DNA of 64,000 nt from Synechococcus sp. (lineage in GTDB: Bacteria; Cyanobacteriota; Cyanobacteriia; PCC-6307; Cyanobiaceae), in assembly GCA_047285305.1 (NCBI GenBank), contig JBJBDL010000003.1, forward strand, positions 640,001 through 704,000. Direction: 5' to 3'. How positions within the stretch are numbered: position 1 is the first letter of the stretch; each line of letters opens with the position of its first letter. Both the position numbers and the translations under genes were made by a program. The notes below the pieces were generated by a model. That model worked only from the letters and a program-made list of their open reading frames with translations, was not told where the DNA came from and searched no databases. This document shows, piece after piece, positions 21,541 through 31,892 of this stretch.

Positions 21541-22515
21541 TCAGGCCAGCAGCAATTCCAGGTGGCGGGCCACCCGCTGCACGGCGGCCCTTGCCGTGGC
21601 ATAGGCCATCCGCATCGGCCCCACCAGGGCCACATGGCCGAGCCCCTCGTTGCAGCGGTAGGGCGCCTGAACCACAGCACAGGCCTCCAGGGCTGGCTGC
21701 GGATGTTCGTCGCCGATCCACACCCGTGCGGATTCACCGCGGCTGATCAAGGTCCCGGGTTGGTCATCGATCAGTTCCAGCAGCGGCCGAAGGCTGGAGG
21801 TGCTTTCAAATTCCGGTTCGCTCACCAGCCTTGAAAGGCCATGCACCACCACCTGTGTGGAGTTGGCGGGGGTGGGCTGCTCAAGGGCGTTGCGCAGCGC
21901 AGCGCCGCTGCGTTGCAGCTGCCTGGGCAGTGCGTCCCAGTTCAGGTCGCCCTGCTCGAGCTGGGCCGACGCCCAGCGTTCCATCGCGGTGAGTTCGGCT
22001 TCAGCCCCGTGGGGCAGACGCAGGTTGAGGTGGCTGGCGCGGCCATTGGCTTCTACCAGCATCACCAGCAGTCGATCACCGCTGGGCACTAGACGGATCG
22101 TCTCCAGTTGCTGGTTCTCCTGCTGCGGTTGGGTGATCAGGCTCATCAGACCGGTGAAATCCGTCAGTCGCCGGGCCAGATGCATCAGCAGGTCGTCCAA
22201 ACCGGCCCAACGAAGACTGAGGCCGGTGAGCTCCCGTTCCAGGTGTTGAACAGCGATGCCGGGTTCCGGCAGTAGGGCATCCACGTAGTGGCGGTATCCC
22301 ATCGGACTGGGAACGCGTCCGGCGGAGGTATGCGGTTGATGCAGCAGTCCTCGGCGCTCAAGCGCCCCCATGGCGGAGCGAACGGTGGCAGAGCTGGCGG
22401 GGATGCCGAAGCGTTGCACCAGGGTGCGGCTGCCCACCGGCTCCATCGTGTCGACGTAGTGGTGCACCGTCGCCTGAAGCACCTGTTCTTGCCGAAGGGA
22501 CAGGGGCTTGCTCAT
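21541..22515 (-). CDS. hrcA: Heat-inducible transcription repressor
   Basis: EPVGS, SSATVRSAM, QPHTSAGRVPS, GPMRMAY. Confidence 0.93.
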   Translation of the reverse strand: MSKPLSLRQEQVLQATVHHYVDTMEPVGSRTLVQRFGIPASSATVRSAMGALERRGLLHQPHTSAGRVPSPMGYRHYVDALLPEPGIAVQHLERELTGLSLRWAGLDDLLMHLARRLTDFTGLMSLITQPQQENQQLETIRLVPSGDRLLVMLVEANGRASHLNLRLPHGAEAELTAMERWASAQLEQGDLNWDALPRQLQRSGAALRNALEQPTPANSTQVVVHGLSRLVSEPEFESTSSLRPLLELIDDQPGTLISRGESARVWIGDEHPQPALEACAVVQAPYRCNEGLGHVALVGPMRMAYATARAAVQRVARHLELLLA

Positions 22516-22871
22516 CAGTAGCGGGGAACGCTGGGATCCACCTGAAGGCTCCAGGCATCAATGCCTCCCTCAAGGTTCCACACCTCAAGGCCCCAGGGTT
22601 GGTCCAGCAGCCACAGGCCGAAGTGGTAGCTGCGTACGCCGGCATGGCAGACCACCACGACGGGCTGATCGGGTTTGAGGTCGGCCTGCAGTGTTCCAAG
22701 CCATGCATTGGAATTGCTCAGGGGGCGGTGCAGCACCGCACCGGGGAAGGCAGCGATCGCAAGCTCAGCCTCCTCACGCACATCCACCAGTTGCGGTGAC
22801 GGTCGCTCGCTTTGCAGCCATTGCTGCAGTTCAGAGGCTTGGATTGGATGTGGTTGTTGCGAGTGGCCCAT
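22515..22871 (-). CDS. Rhodanese-like sulfurtransferase
   Basis: LVDVRE, CHAGVRS, NLEGGIDAWS, VPRY. Confidence 0.9.
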   Translation of the reverse strand: MGHSQQPHPIQASELQQWLQSERPSPQLVDVREEAELAIAAFPGAVLHRPLSNSNAWLGTLQADLKPDQPVVVVCHAGVRSYHFGLWLLDQPWGLEVWNLEGGIDAWSLQVDPSVPRY

Positions 22872-22924
22872 CGCGCCATTCTGCGGTGATGGACAAAGAT
22901 GAGGCGACCCGAGACCGCCGGCCC

Positions 22925-24505
22925 ATGAAGGCCCGCCCCTTCCTCAGCGCTGCCGGCGCTGTGCTGTTGTCGCTGCTTTTGCTGGCCGCTGGCCTGCTCT
23001 GGACCATGAACCGCCAGAGCCCCTTGCGGCTGGCAGAGCAGCCGTTGCATCTGCCTCGGGCGGCCCGGTTTGTGCCCAGGGATGCTGACCTGTCCCTCCA
23101 TTGGCTGGCTGATCCAGGACGGTTGCCGGCCTATGCCCAGGCCGTTGCCCCTGCCTCCCAACGCCGCGATGCCCGTGATGGCGCCCGGCAATGGCGCGAA
23201 GGCGTCTTTGCCTTGGCGGGCCTCCAGTTTGGTCTTGAGCTGGAGCCCTGGCTTGGTGAAGAGGTCAGTCTCACCCTCACCGATGGGGATTCCAACACCG
23301 GTTGGGTGTTGGCTTTGACTAGTCGGGATGACGACGGCGCCCGGCGCTTTCTGCAACGGTTTTGGCAGACCCGCAGCCTGGCGGGCACCGACCTGCAGAT
23401 CAGCAGTTACCGCGGTATTGGTGTGATTAGTGGCCAGGGGGCGTTGGTGGGGCATGACCCCCAACCCCTGGCCACGGCCTTGATTGACGACGATCTGTTG
23501 CTCGTGGCTTCAGGCAGGGGTGTGCTGGAGCAGGCCCTCGATGTCTCACAGCTTCCGGATCAGCATCAGCTGGGGGATCAACGCCTGCAACGTCAGGTGG
23601 CTGAGCTCGGCGAGGGTGTGGCTCTGCTCACGGCATCTCCCCATGCCCTGGAGCATTGGCTGCAGCTTCCGCAGCTGGTGGCCCAACGAGACGATCTGAG
23701 CGGACTCGTGGCATCACTGCGACCGGAGGGTTCAACCCTGGCGGTGGACGGGCGCCTCGGGTTCCGGCAAGCCCTTGGCGCCGACCCCTGGCCTGGGCTC
23801 ACGGATCTGACGGCGTCGGCCGGAGGCCATGCCTACTGGCTGGCTCAGCTGCAGAATCCAGCCCGTTTGTTGAATCCCAGCGAAAGCCATCCGCTGGCCC
23901 AATGGTTCGCTCCGTTGCTGGAGCAGCGCCTGGCGGACCAGCCGGCGGCCGATGCTGTTGTTGGGGCCGATAATGGCTCTCTCCTCTGGCAGGACCAACC
24001 CGAGGGTTGGCTGCTGGCCACCCGCCCGCAAAGCCCCGCCAGGGATGCGGTGGATGCACGTCTGCAGGAGCAGGGCCTGACCCGTTCTGAGCTTGAGGGC
24101 GATGGCGAGGTGTTGAGCGTGTGGACGCGGCTGGTGCGCCAGCGGGGACGCCAGCCTGGGGTGGACGCTCAATTGGCTGTGGCTCAGGTTCGCTCGTCTG
24201 CGCTGAACTGGTGGGGAGAGTCCTTGATGGCTCTTGCGCAGCGCCAGAACGGGCGTGCCCTCCAGCCTCGTTTGAACCAGTGGCAGGAGCTCACAGCGTC
24301 CTCCCAACCCGCGCAGGCCCTCCTGCTGGCGGATGAGCCGGCCCGCGTACTGTTAGGGCAATGGCGGCCCTGGGCCCTGCTGCAGGTGATGGCGGGGCGG
24401 CCGCTCCAGGATCAGGTCCGCGGCCTTGCGGTGGCCATCGACGTTGATCGTAAGGAGCAGGCTGGTACCGAGATTCCCTTGCATGCCCGGCTCGAACTCG
24501 GCTGA
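22925..24505 (+). CDS. DUF3352-like membrane-anchored protein
   Basis: N-terminal TM anchor, AARFVP, LEPWLGEEV, YRGIGVI motifs. Confidence 0.7.
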   Translation: MKARPFLSAAGAVLLSLLLLAAGLLWTMNRQSPLRLAEQPLHLPRAARFVPRDADLSLHWLADPGRLPAYAQAVAPASQRRDARDGARQWREGVFALAGLQFGLELEPWLGEEVSLTLTDGDSNTGWVLALTSRDDDGARRFLQRFWQTRSLAGTDLQISSYRGIGVISGQGALVGHDPQPLATALIDDDLLLVASGRGVLEQALDVSQLPDQHQLGDQRLQRQVAELGEGVALLTASPHALEHWLQLPQLVAQRDDLSGLVASLRPEGSTLAVDGRLGFRQALGADPWPGLTDLTASAGGHAYWLAQLQNPARLLNPSESHPLAQWFAPLLEQRLADQPAADAVVGADNGSLLWQDQPEGWLLATRPQSPARDAVDARLQEQGLTRSELEGDGEVLSVWTRLVRQRGRQPGVDAQLAVAQVRSSALNWWGESLMALAQRQNGRALQPRLNQWQELTASSQPAQALLLADEPARVLLGQWRPWALLQVMAGRPLQDQVRGLAVAIDVDRKEQAGTEIPLHARLELG

Positions 24506-24971
24506 CCTGGTTCTGTTGCGGCATGGCATCGCCGAACCCCGCCATGCGGGCCAGGACCATCCGGATCGACCCCTGACCGCCGCTGGCCGTCGGCGAACCC
24601 AGCGGGTGATGGCGGCCCTAGTGCAACGCGGGCTGCGGTTGGATCGCTTGCTGTCCAGCCCTTATCGGCGGGCTCTACAAACGGCGGAACTGGCGTTGGA
24701 GGCGGGGCTCGCTTCTGAGCTCGCGGTGGATGAACGTCTCCAGCCGGGAAGGGCCCTCAAAATGATGGTGCCCACCTTTGATGAACGGCTTGGCTTTGTC
24801 GGTCATGAGCCAGATCTTGGCGATCTGGCCTGCAGTCTTCTGGGGTGTGCCCCGGGTGCCCTGGTGCTGAAGAAAGCCGGCGTGATTCAGCTGCGTCGTT
24901 CCGCGGGCCAGTGGCAGTTGAAGGCCTTGCTTCGGCCATCACTGTTGATTGACGATTTAGGTTGCTGTTAG
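24483..24971 (+). CDS. sixA: Phosphohistidine phosphatase SixA-like
   Basis: LLRHGIA, DRPLT, SSPYRRALQTA, VGHEP. Confidence 0.88.
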   Translation: MPGSNSADLVLLRHGIAEPRHAGQDHPDRPLTAAGRRRTQRVMAALVQRGLRLDRLLSSPYRRALQTAELALEAGLASELAVDERLQPGRALKMMVPTFDERLGFVGHEPDLGDLACSLLGCAPGALVLKKAGVIQLRRSAGQWQLKALLRPSLLIDDLGCC

Positions 24972-24984
24972 AGGCAATCAGGCG

Positions 24985-26175
24985 GTGGCCCAGCAGCAGA
25001 CAGGCGACCTGCGTCATGCGCGGACCGGGATCGAACTGCGTCCAGGCCTGGATGGCGTGCCGGCAACCCAGTCGGCGATCTGCGACATCGATGGAGAGCA
25101 AGGGCTGCTCACCTATCGCGGCTACCCGATGCAGGATCTGGCGGCCAACAGCAGCTTTCTGGAAACGGCCTACCTGCTGATCTGGGGAGAGCTGCCCAGC
25201 CGCGACCAGTTGGCGGAGTTTGAGCACGCGGTGCAGATGCACCGGCGGGTCAGCTTCCGGGTGCGGGACATGATGAAGTGCTTCCCGGCCAGCGGCCATC
25301 CCATGGACGCGCTGCAGTCAAGTGCCGCTTCACTGGGGCTGTTCTATTCGCGCCGTGCGATCGACGACCCGCAGTACATCTATGACGCGGTGGTGCGATT
25401 GATCGCCAAGATCCCCACGATGGTGGCCGCTTTTCAGCTGATCCGCAAAGGCCAGGACCCAATACAGCCCAGGGATGATCTGGCCTACTCCGCCAATTTC
25501 CTCTACATGCTCACTGAACGGGAGCCGGATCCCCTGGCGGCGCGCATCTTTGATCGCTGCCTGATGCTCCATGCCGAGCACAGCCTCAACGCCAGCACCT
25601 TCAGTGCCCGCGTCACCGCCAGCACCCTGACCGACCCCTACGCCGTGGTGGCTTCAGCCGTCGGCACCCTGGCGGGCCCACTCCACGGCGGCGCCAATGA
25701 AGATGTCCTCGCCATGCTCGAGCAGGTGGGCAGTCCTGAGAATGCTGGCGCTTTCTTGGATGAGGCCATCGCGGCCAAGCGCAAAATCATGGGCTTTGGC
25801 CACCGGGAATACAAGGTGAAGGATCCCCGCGCCGTGATCCTGCAGGCTCTGGTGGAGGAGATGTTCGCAAGCTTTGGTCATGACGACCTCTACGACGTAG
25901 CCCGGGCGATCGAAGCAGAGGCAGAGTCCCGCCTCGGCCCCAAAGGTATCTATCCCAACGTCGATTTCTATTCGGGCCTGGTGTACCGCAAGCTCGGCAT
26001 TCCCAGGGATCTGTTCACGCCGGTCTTCGCCATTGCCAGGGTCGCTGGCTGGCTGGCCCATTGGCGGGAGCAGCTCGGGGCGAACCGGATTTTTCGGCCT
26101 TCGCAGATCTACTCCGGATCTCAGCCACGCTCCTGGATGCCCATTGAGGAGCGCGTCTCGGCTCCGGCCGCCTAA
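24985..26175 (+). CDS. gltA: Citrate synthase
   Basis: HAEHSLNAST, GPLHGGA, MGFGHR, PNVDFYSG. Confidence 0.97.
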   Translation: MAQQQTGDLRHARTGIELRPGLDGVPATQSAICDIDGEQGLLTYRGYPMQDLAANSSFLETAYLLIWGELPSRDQLAEFEHAVQMHRRVSFRVRDMMKCFPASGHPMDALQSSAASLGLFYSRRAIDDPQYIYDAVVRLIAKIPTMVAAFQLIRKGQDPIQPRDDLAYSANFLYMLTEREPDPLAARIFDRCLMLHAEHSLNASTFSARVTASTLTDPYAVVASAVGTLAGPLHGGANEDVLAMLEQVGSPENAGAFLDEAIAAKRKIMGFGHREYKVKDPRAVILQALVEEMFASFGHDDLYDVARAIEAEAESRLGPKGIYPNVDFYSGLVYRKLGIPRDLFTPVFAIARVAGWLAHWREQLGANRIFRPSQIYSGSQPRSWMPIEERVSAPAA

Positions 26176-26199
26176 GTTGCACCCACTTCCGTCGACACC

Positions 26200-27321
26200 A
26201 TGGTGAGTCCGGGACTGGACCTGGAATTGAGCTTTAGCCAGGCCCTGCAAGGGTTTGGCTTCTCCCCGGAGGTGGCTAGACTCCTTTGGCTTCCACTGCC
26301 GATGCTGCTGGTTCTGGTAGCTGCAGTGGTGGGTGTGCTCGTTTCGGTGTGGCTGGAGCGCAAGATTTCTGCCGCTGTCCAGCAGCGGATAGGTCCTGAG
26401 TATGCCGGTGCCCTGGGCGTGCTTCAGCCCCTGGCCGACGGCCTCAAGCTGCTCGTCAAAGAAGACATCATCCCGGCGCGGGCCGACAGCCTGCTGTTCA
26501 CCCTCGGCCCGGTGCTGGTGGTGGTGCCGGTGATCATCTCCTGGCTGATCATTCCCTTTGGCCAGAACCTGCTGATCAGCAATGTGGGCGTGGGGATCTT
26601 CCTCTGGATCGCCTTCAGCAGCATTCAGCCGATCGGCTTGTTGATGAGCGGCTATGCCTCCAACAACAAGTATTCGCTGCTCGGGGGACTTCGGGCCGCG
26701 GCTCAATCGATCAGCTACGAAATTCCCCTGGCTCTGGCGGTTCTGGCCATCGTGATGATGACTAACTCGCTGAGCACGGTCGACATTGTGGGTCAGCAGA
26801 CCGGGGCCGGCATTTTGAGCTGGAACATCTGGCGTCAGCCGGTGGGCTTCCTGATTTTCTGGATCTGTGCCCTGGCCGAGTGTGAGCGGCTTCCCTTCGA
26901 CCTTCCCGAAGCTGAGGAAGAGCTGGTCGCTGGTTACCAGACCGAGTACGCGGGCATGAAGTTCGCCCTCTTCTACCTGGCGGGTTACATCAACCTGGTG
27001 CTCTCGGCTGTCCTGGTCAGCGTTCTGTATCTCGGGGGCTGGGGCTTCCCGATCCCCGTGGAATGGCTGGCCGGCTGGTTGAACCAGCCCATAGATGCCC
27101 CAGTGGTGCAGGTGATCACGGGCACCGTTGGCATTGTGATGACGGTGCTCAAGGCTTATCTGCTGGTGTTCGTGGCGATCCTGCTGCGCTGGACCACCCC
27201 CCGCGTGCGCATTGACCAGCTGCTCGATCTGGGTTGGAAGTTCCTGCTGCCCTTATCCCTGGTGAACCTTCTGGTGACAGCCGCCCTCAAGCTCGCATTC
27301 CCTGTTGCATTCGGCGGCTAG
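26200..27321 (+). CDS. ndhA: NDH-1 subunit A
   Basis: [35 protein letters not shown]. Confidence 0.98.
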   Translation: MVSPGLDLELSFSQALQGFGFSPEVARLLWLPLPMLLVLVAAVVGVLVSVWLERKISAAVQQRIGPEYAGALGVLQPLADGLKLLVKEDIIPARADSLLFTLGPVLVVVPVIISWLIIPFGQNLLISNVGVGIFLWIAFSSIQPIGLLMSGYASNNKYSLLGGLRAAAQSISYEIPLALAVLAIVMMTNSLSTVDIVGQQTGAGILSWNIWRQPVGFLIFWICALAECERLPFDLPEAEEELVAGYQTEYAGMKFALFYLAGYINLVLSAVLVSVLYLGGWGFPIPVEWLAGWLNQPIDAPVVQVITGTVGIVMTVLKAYLLVFVAILLRWTTPRVRIDQLLDLGWKFLLPLSLVNLLVTAALKLAFPVAFGG

Positions 27322-27380
27322 GTTTTCCTACCTAGGATTTCATCGCTCCCGGCTCCGCTTCGTTCTCTCCCTTTCAGACC

Positions 27381-28028
27381 ATGTTCGGCTTCCTCAAACA
27401 GGTCGGTGATTACACCCGGGATGCAGTCGATGCAGCCCGGAATCTGGCCCAAGGCTTTTCGGTCACCTTCGACCACATGCAGCGCCGTCCGGTCACGGTG
27501 CAGTACCCCTACGAGAAGCTCATCCCCTCTGAGCGTTATCGGGGCCGGATTCACTACGAATTCGACAAGTGCATCGCTTGTGAGGTGTGCGTGCGGGTCT
27601 GCCCGATCAACCTTCCTGTGGTCGATTGGGTGATGAACAAAGCCACGAAGAAGAAGGAGCTGCGCAATTACTCCATCGACTTCGGCGTTTGCATTTTCTG
27701 CGGCAACTGCGTCGAGTACTGCCCCACCAACTGCCTCTCAATGACTGAGGAGTATGAGCTGGCGGCTTTTGATCGCCACAGTCTCAACTACGACAACGTG
27801 GCCCTTGGCCGCCTTCCCACCAGCGTCACCACCGATCCCTCCGTTGTTCCTCTGCGGGAACTCGCCTATCTGCCGGAGGGCGAGATGGATCCCCACGGTG
27901 TTGCTGCCGATCGGCCCAGGGCTGGCCAGCTGCCGTCTCAGGTGTTGGAGACCCTTACCCCTCCAGCCAAGCCCGCTGGCAAGAATGAGGGACAATCCTC
28001 CAGTGAGGCCAAGGAGGGCGACGCATGA
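27381..28028 (+). CDS. ndhI: NDH-1 subunit I
   Basis: Two 4Fe-4S motifs [12 protein letters not shown] and [12 protein letters not shown]. Confidence 0.98.
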   Translation: MFGFLKQVGDYTRDAVDAARNLAQGFSVTFDHMQRRPVTVQYPYEKLIPSERYRGRIHYEFDKCIACEVCVRVCPINLPVVDWVMNKATKKKELRNYSIDFGVCIFCGNCVEYCPTNCLSMTEEYELAAFDRHSLNYDNVALGRLPTSVTTDPSVVPLRELAYLPEGEMDPHGVAADRPRAGQLPSQVLETLTPPAKPAGKNEGQSSSEAKEGDA

Positions 28029-28624
28029 CCATCGCGACAACCACCGAGCTGATCTGTTTCCTGGTGCTGTCCGCCGTTGTGGTGATCGGTGCTCTGGGTG
28101 TAGTGCTGCTCAGCAACATCGTCTATTCCGCCTTCCTGCTGGGCGGGGTGTTCACCGCCGTTGCAGGGCTCTACCTGCTGCTGAACGCCAGTTTCGTGGC
28201 CATGGCTCAGATCCTGGTGTACGTAGGCGCGATCAACGTGTTGATCCTGTTCGCGATCATGCTCGTCAACAAGCGGGAAGACCTGAAGGCCATCGCCAAT
28301 CTCACCACGCGCCGTGTGGTGTCCGCCGGCGTCTGCGCTGGTCTGCTGGCGTTGCTGGTTCGTGTTGTGGTCACCACCCCTTGGTCGCTGCCCGGTCCTG
28401 CTGCTGTGGGTGAAGAAGCCACGGCTCGCATCGGTGAACATTTGTTCACCGATTACCTCCTGCCGTTTGAGGTGGCATCGGTGCTGCTGCTGATGGCCAT
28501 GATCGGTGCAATCGTTTTGGCCCGTCGTGATGTGCTGGCCACCGATGTGGTCACCGGTGAGGTGGCCGATCAAGGCCTGATTGAAAAGGCCCGTACTCCC
28601 CTGCTGATGAATCGAGCGGACTGA
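28025..28624 (+). CDS. ndhG: NDH-1 subunit G
   Basis: [33 protein letters not shown]. Confidence 0.97.
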   Translation: MTIATTTELICFLVLSAVVVIGALGVVLLSNIVYSAFLLGGVFTAVAGLYLLLNASFVAMAQILVYVGAINVLILFAIMLVNKREDLKAIANLTTRRVVSAGVCAGLLALLVRVVVTTPWSLPGPAAVGEEATARIGEHLFTDYLLPFEVASVLLLMAMIGAIVLARRDVLATDVVTGEVADQGLIEKARTPLLMNRAD

Positions 28625-28953
28625 TGAGCGATTTTCTTGCCACGCTTCCCTCCCTGCAGGCCTACCTCCTGGTAGCTGCCATGCTCTTCTGCATCGGCGT
28701 CTGGGGTCTGATCAACAGCCGCAATGCGGTGCGCGTTCTGATGAGCATTGAGCTGATGCTCAATGCGGTGAACATCAACCTGATGGCCTTCTCCTCCTTC
28801 GTGGATGGTGATCTGATTCGCGGCCAGGTCTTCGCTGTGTTCGTGATCACGGTGGCCGCTGCTGAGGCAGCCGTCGGTCTGGCAATCCTGCTGTCGCTTT
28901 ATCGCAATCGCGTTACCGTCGACATGGAGCAGTTCAACCTGCTGCGCTGGTAA
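28624..28953 (+). CDS. ndhE: NDH-1 subunit E
   Basis: [26 protein letters not shown]. Confidence 0.97.
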   Translation: MSDFLATLPSLQAYLLVAAMLFCIGVWGLINSRNAVRVLMSIELMLNAVNINLMAFSSFVDGDLIRGQVFAVFVITVAAAEAAVGLAILLSLYRNRVTVDMEQFNLLRW

Positions 28954-28971
28954 TCCCCGCACACCTGGGTC

Positions 28972-29922
28972 ATGCGTCTCGATAGGGTCTGGGTGATCTA
29001 TCGGGCCGACAGTCAGCCTGCCCAGCGTGAAGCCCGGCAATGTGCCAAGGAGCTGAAAGCCCTCGGCTCCAACGTGGTCACGGCGATGTCAGGGCCGAGG
29101 GTGAATCCTTTCCCCGGCCTGCTGGCTGTTGAGGAGTCGTTGCCTGACCTGGCTCTGGTGCTGGGGGGGGATGGAACGGTGCTGGGTGCCGCCCGCCATT
29201 TGGCGGTGCATGACATCCCGATCCTCAGCATCAATGTGGGAGGCCATCTGGGTTTTCTCACCCATGACCGCCGTGTGTTGCGCGGCGATCAGATCTGGCA
29301 ACGCCTTCAGGACGATCAATTCGCGATCGAACGGCGCATGATGCTTCAGGCTATGGTCGATCGCCGCTCTGCAGAGGACCGTGCGGCCTCCCCCGGTCTG
29401 CTGCAACAGCCGGACCTCGAAGACGATGAAGAGCACCACTGGGCATTCAACGACTTCTACCTGCGGGCCTACCGCGATGAGATTTCCCCAACCTGCACCC
29501 TTGAGCTCGAGATTGATGGGGAAGTGATCGACCAGGTGCGTGGTGACGGTCTGATTCTCTCCACCCCGACGGGGTCCACCGGGTACGCCCTGGCGGCAGG
29601 GGGACCGATCCTTCACCCCGGCATCGACGCCATCATCGTTGCCCCGATCTGCCCGATGAGCCTCTCCAGCAGAACGCTGGTGGTGCCGCCCAGGGCCAGG
29701 TTGGCGATCTGGCCCCTCGGGGCTGGGGATCACCGCATCAAGCTGTGGAAGGACGGTGTGGGCTGCACGGTGCTGGAGCCTGGTGAGTGCTGTGTTGTTC
29801 AGCAGGCGCGCCACCATGCCCTGATGGTGTTGCTCAATCAAAGCCCGTCGTATTACCGAACCTTGTCCCACAAGCTGCATTGGGCGGGAAGCTTGCACGC
29901 GGCACAGCCCTCGCAGAATTGA
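28972..29922 (+). CDS. nadK: NAD kinase
   Basis: [26 protein letters not shown]. Confidence 0.95.
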   Translation: MRLDRVWVIYRADSQPAQREARQCAKELKALGSNVVTAMSGPRVNPFPGLLAVEESLPDLALVLGGDGTVLGAARHLAVHDIPILSINVGGHLGFLTHDRRVLRGDQIWQRLQDDQFAIERRMMLQAMVDRRSAEDRAASPGLLQQPDLEDDEEHHWAFNDFYLRAYRDEISPTCTLELEIDGEVIDQVRGDGLILSTPTGSTGYALAAGGPILHPGIDAIIVAPICPMSLSSRTLVVPPRARLAIWPLGAGDHRIKLWKDGVGCTVLEPGECCVVQQARHHALMVLLNQSPSYYRTLSHKLHWAGSLHAAQPSQN

Positions 29923-29925
29923 GCC

Positions 29926-30432
29926 ATGGTCCTTGAGATTGAACGACGCTTCTTGGTGCGGTCGGATGCCTGGCGCAGCAGTGCAGGCCCCGCGCAGCCG
30001 CTCCGTCAGGGCTATCTGGCCGCTAGTGCCGACGGTGTGACGGTGCGGATGCGCCTGCGTGGCACGGATCAGGCCTGGCTCACCCTGAAGGCGGCGGCTG
30101 ACGCCGTTGGTCTGGTGCGCCACGAGTGGGAATACCCGATTCCCGTTGCGGACGCCGAAGCTCTCTGGGATCTGGCGCCTCACCGCCTGGACAAAGTCCG
30201 CTATGCCTTGGATTGCCCTGGTGGTGACTGGGTGGTGGATTGTTTTCAGGGGGAGAACGCCCCCTTGGTGCTGGCGGAGGTGGAGTTGGCATCGGCCCAG
30301 GTGGATCTGCTGATTCCGCCCTGGTGTGGCGAGGAGATCACCGGGGAGTCCCGCTGGAGCAATGCGGTGCTGGCCCAGCATCCGGTTCAGTCGTGGTCCG
30401 AGGAGCAGCGCCGTCGCTTTGGCTGGCCCTAA
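29926..30432 (+). CDS. CYTH-domain protein
   Basis: EIERRFLV, LRQGYL, LTLK, EWEY, LAEVEL. Confidence 0.9.
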   Translation: MVLEIERRFLVRSDAWRSSAGPAQPLRQGYLAASADGVTVRMRLRGTDQAWLTLKAAADAVGLVRHEWEYPIPVADAEALWDLAPHRLDKVRYALDCPGGDWVVDCFQGENAPLVLAEVELASAQVDLLIPPWCGEEITGESRWSNAVLAQHPVQSWSEEQRRRFGWP

Positions 30433-30498
30433 GGCCAGACTGGATTTGTCTTCAGATTTCCTTTAGCTTTGAGGAGTTCTGATTGGTGGCTCTTTCCA

Positions 30499-30684
30499 GT
30501 GGTGGGTCTATACGACACAACTGGAATGCTTCGCTTCGCGGGATCCAGCGTGGAGGCCTGCCTGGAGTACGCCACGTTGTTTCAGATCCCTGTGGGCCCA
30601 GCCTCCCTGCAAAGCCTGCCGGAGCCTGTCAGCTCCACGATCAGGCTGAGGGGGGATCGTGTTCTGGAAGGACGCAGCAGTTGA
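30499..30684 (+). CDS. Small hypothetical protein
   Basis: VGLYDTTGMLRFAGSSVEACLEYATLF resembles small picocyanobacterial proteins from recall; start uncertain. Confidence 0.55.
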   Translation: MVGLYDTTGMLRFAGSSVEACLEYATLFQIPVGPASLQSLPEPVSSTIRLRGDRVLEGRSS

Positions 30685-30919
30685 AGCCGTCCCGGCAGAT
30701 CTTCCCGTTGTCCATTGCCCAATTGAGCAGTGCCACCCGGTTCTTAGAACCGGTTTTGGTGAACACGTTGCTCACATGGTTGTCCACCGTTCGTTTGCTG
30801 ATGGTGAGACGGTCAGCGATTTCCTGATTGGTCAGTCCTTCGGCCACGAGCTCGATGATCTCGATCTCCCTGGCAGAGAGGGAGATCTCCAGAGGATCGG
30901 TACCGTCGAGGGAGGACAT
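30641..30919 (-). CDS. pedR: Stand-alone LuxR-type regulator, PedR-like
   Basis: LSAREIEIIELVAEGLTNQEIA HTH and C-terminal ICRDGFNCC cysteines. Confidence 0.8.
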   Translation of the reverse strand: MSSLDGTDPLEISLSAREIEIIELVAEGLTNQEIADRLTISKRTVDNHVSNVFTKTGSKNRVALLNWAMDNGKICRDGFNCCVLPEHDPPSA

Positions 30920-30986
30920 GGGTGACCACCGTTGAAATCATGCTAGTCCGGACGACCGGTCTGATCCTGCATAGTGGGCCGGTGAA

Positions 30987-31892
30987 ATGGAAAGAGATTT
31001 GAGCACGGCGCTGCAACGCGCAATTGAGGCCGGGGATCAGGTGCTCACGGCCGAGGTGATGCCTCCCCGCGGAGCCGATCCCTCGCACATGCTTGCCATG
31101 GCCACATCGCTGCATGGCCGTGTCCATGCGGTGAATGTGACCGATGGCAGTCGGGCCGTGATGCGGATGAGCAGCCTGGCCTCCTGCAAGTTGCTGCTCG
31201 AGGCCGGTCTGGAACCGGTGTTGCAGATGGCCTGCCGGGATCGCAATCGCATCGCCCTTCAGGCCGATCTGCTCGGTGCCCATGCCATGGGGATCCGCAA
31301 CCTGTTGTGTCTCACTGGCGATCCAGTGAGGGCGGGCGATCAGGCGGATGCTCGGCCGGTGAATGAGTTCGAGTCGGTGAAGCTTCTGCAGCAGGTGGAC
31401 GCCCTCAATCGTGGTGTGGATCCCGTGCAGGGCACCCTGCCCGATGGGGCAACCACGCTGTTTGCCGGGTGTGCCGCCGACCCACAATCGAGGAGCTGGA
31501 GCGGTCTCCAGCGCCGGTTGCAGCGCAAGCAGGCGGCGGGAGCCCGGTTCGTTCAAACCCAGATGGTGATGGACCCTGAAGCGCTCGAGCGCTTCCAGTG
31601 CGAACTGGCCGGACCCCTGGACCTGCCCGTGCTCGCTGGCGTGTTTCTGCTGAAGTCAGCCAGGAATGCCCGGTTCATCAACCGAGTTGTGCCAGGAGCC
31701 TGCATCCCCGATGCGTTGATCCATCGGCTGGAGTGCGCCGAGAATCCCGCCATGGAGGGTGTGGCCATCGCCGCTGAACAGGTGAAGCGCTATCTCGGCA
31801 TCGTTCGTGGCGTGCACTTGATGGCAATCAAGGCCGAGGAGCGCATCCCGTTGATCCTGGATCTAGCCGGACTCAGCTCGCTGCCTGGGTGA
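30987..31892 (+). CDS. metF: Methylenetetrahydrofolate reductase
   Basis: EVMPPRG, NVTDGSRA, CRDRNRIALQADL, LCLTGDP, QTQ. Confidence 0.93.
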   Translation: MERDLSTALQRAIEAGDQVLTAEVMPPRGADPSHMLAMATSLHGRVHAVNVTDGSRAVMRMSSLASCKLLLEAGLEPVLQMACRDRNRIALQADLLGAHAMGIRNLLCLTGDPVRAGDQADARPVNEFESVKLLQQVDALNRGVDPVQGTLPDGATTLFAGCAADPQSRSWSGLQRRLQRKQAAGARFVQTQMVMDPEALERFQCELAGPLDLPVLAGVFLLKSARNARFINRVVPGACIPDALIHRLECAENPAMEGVAIAAEQVKRYLGIVRGVHLMAIKAEERIPLILDLAGLSSLPG

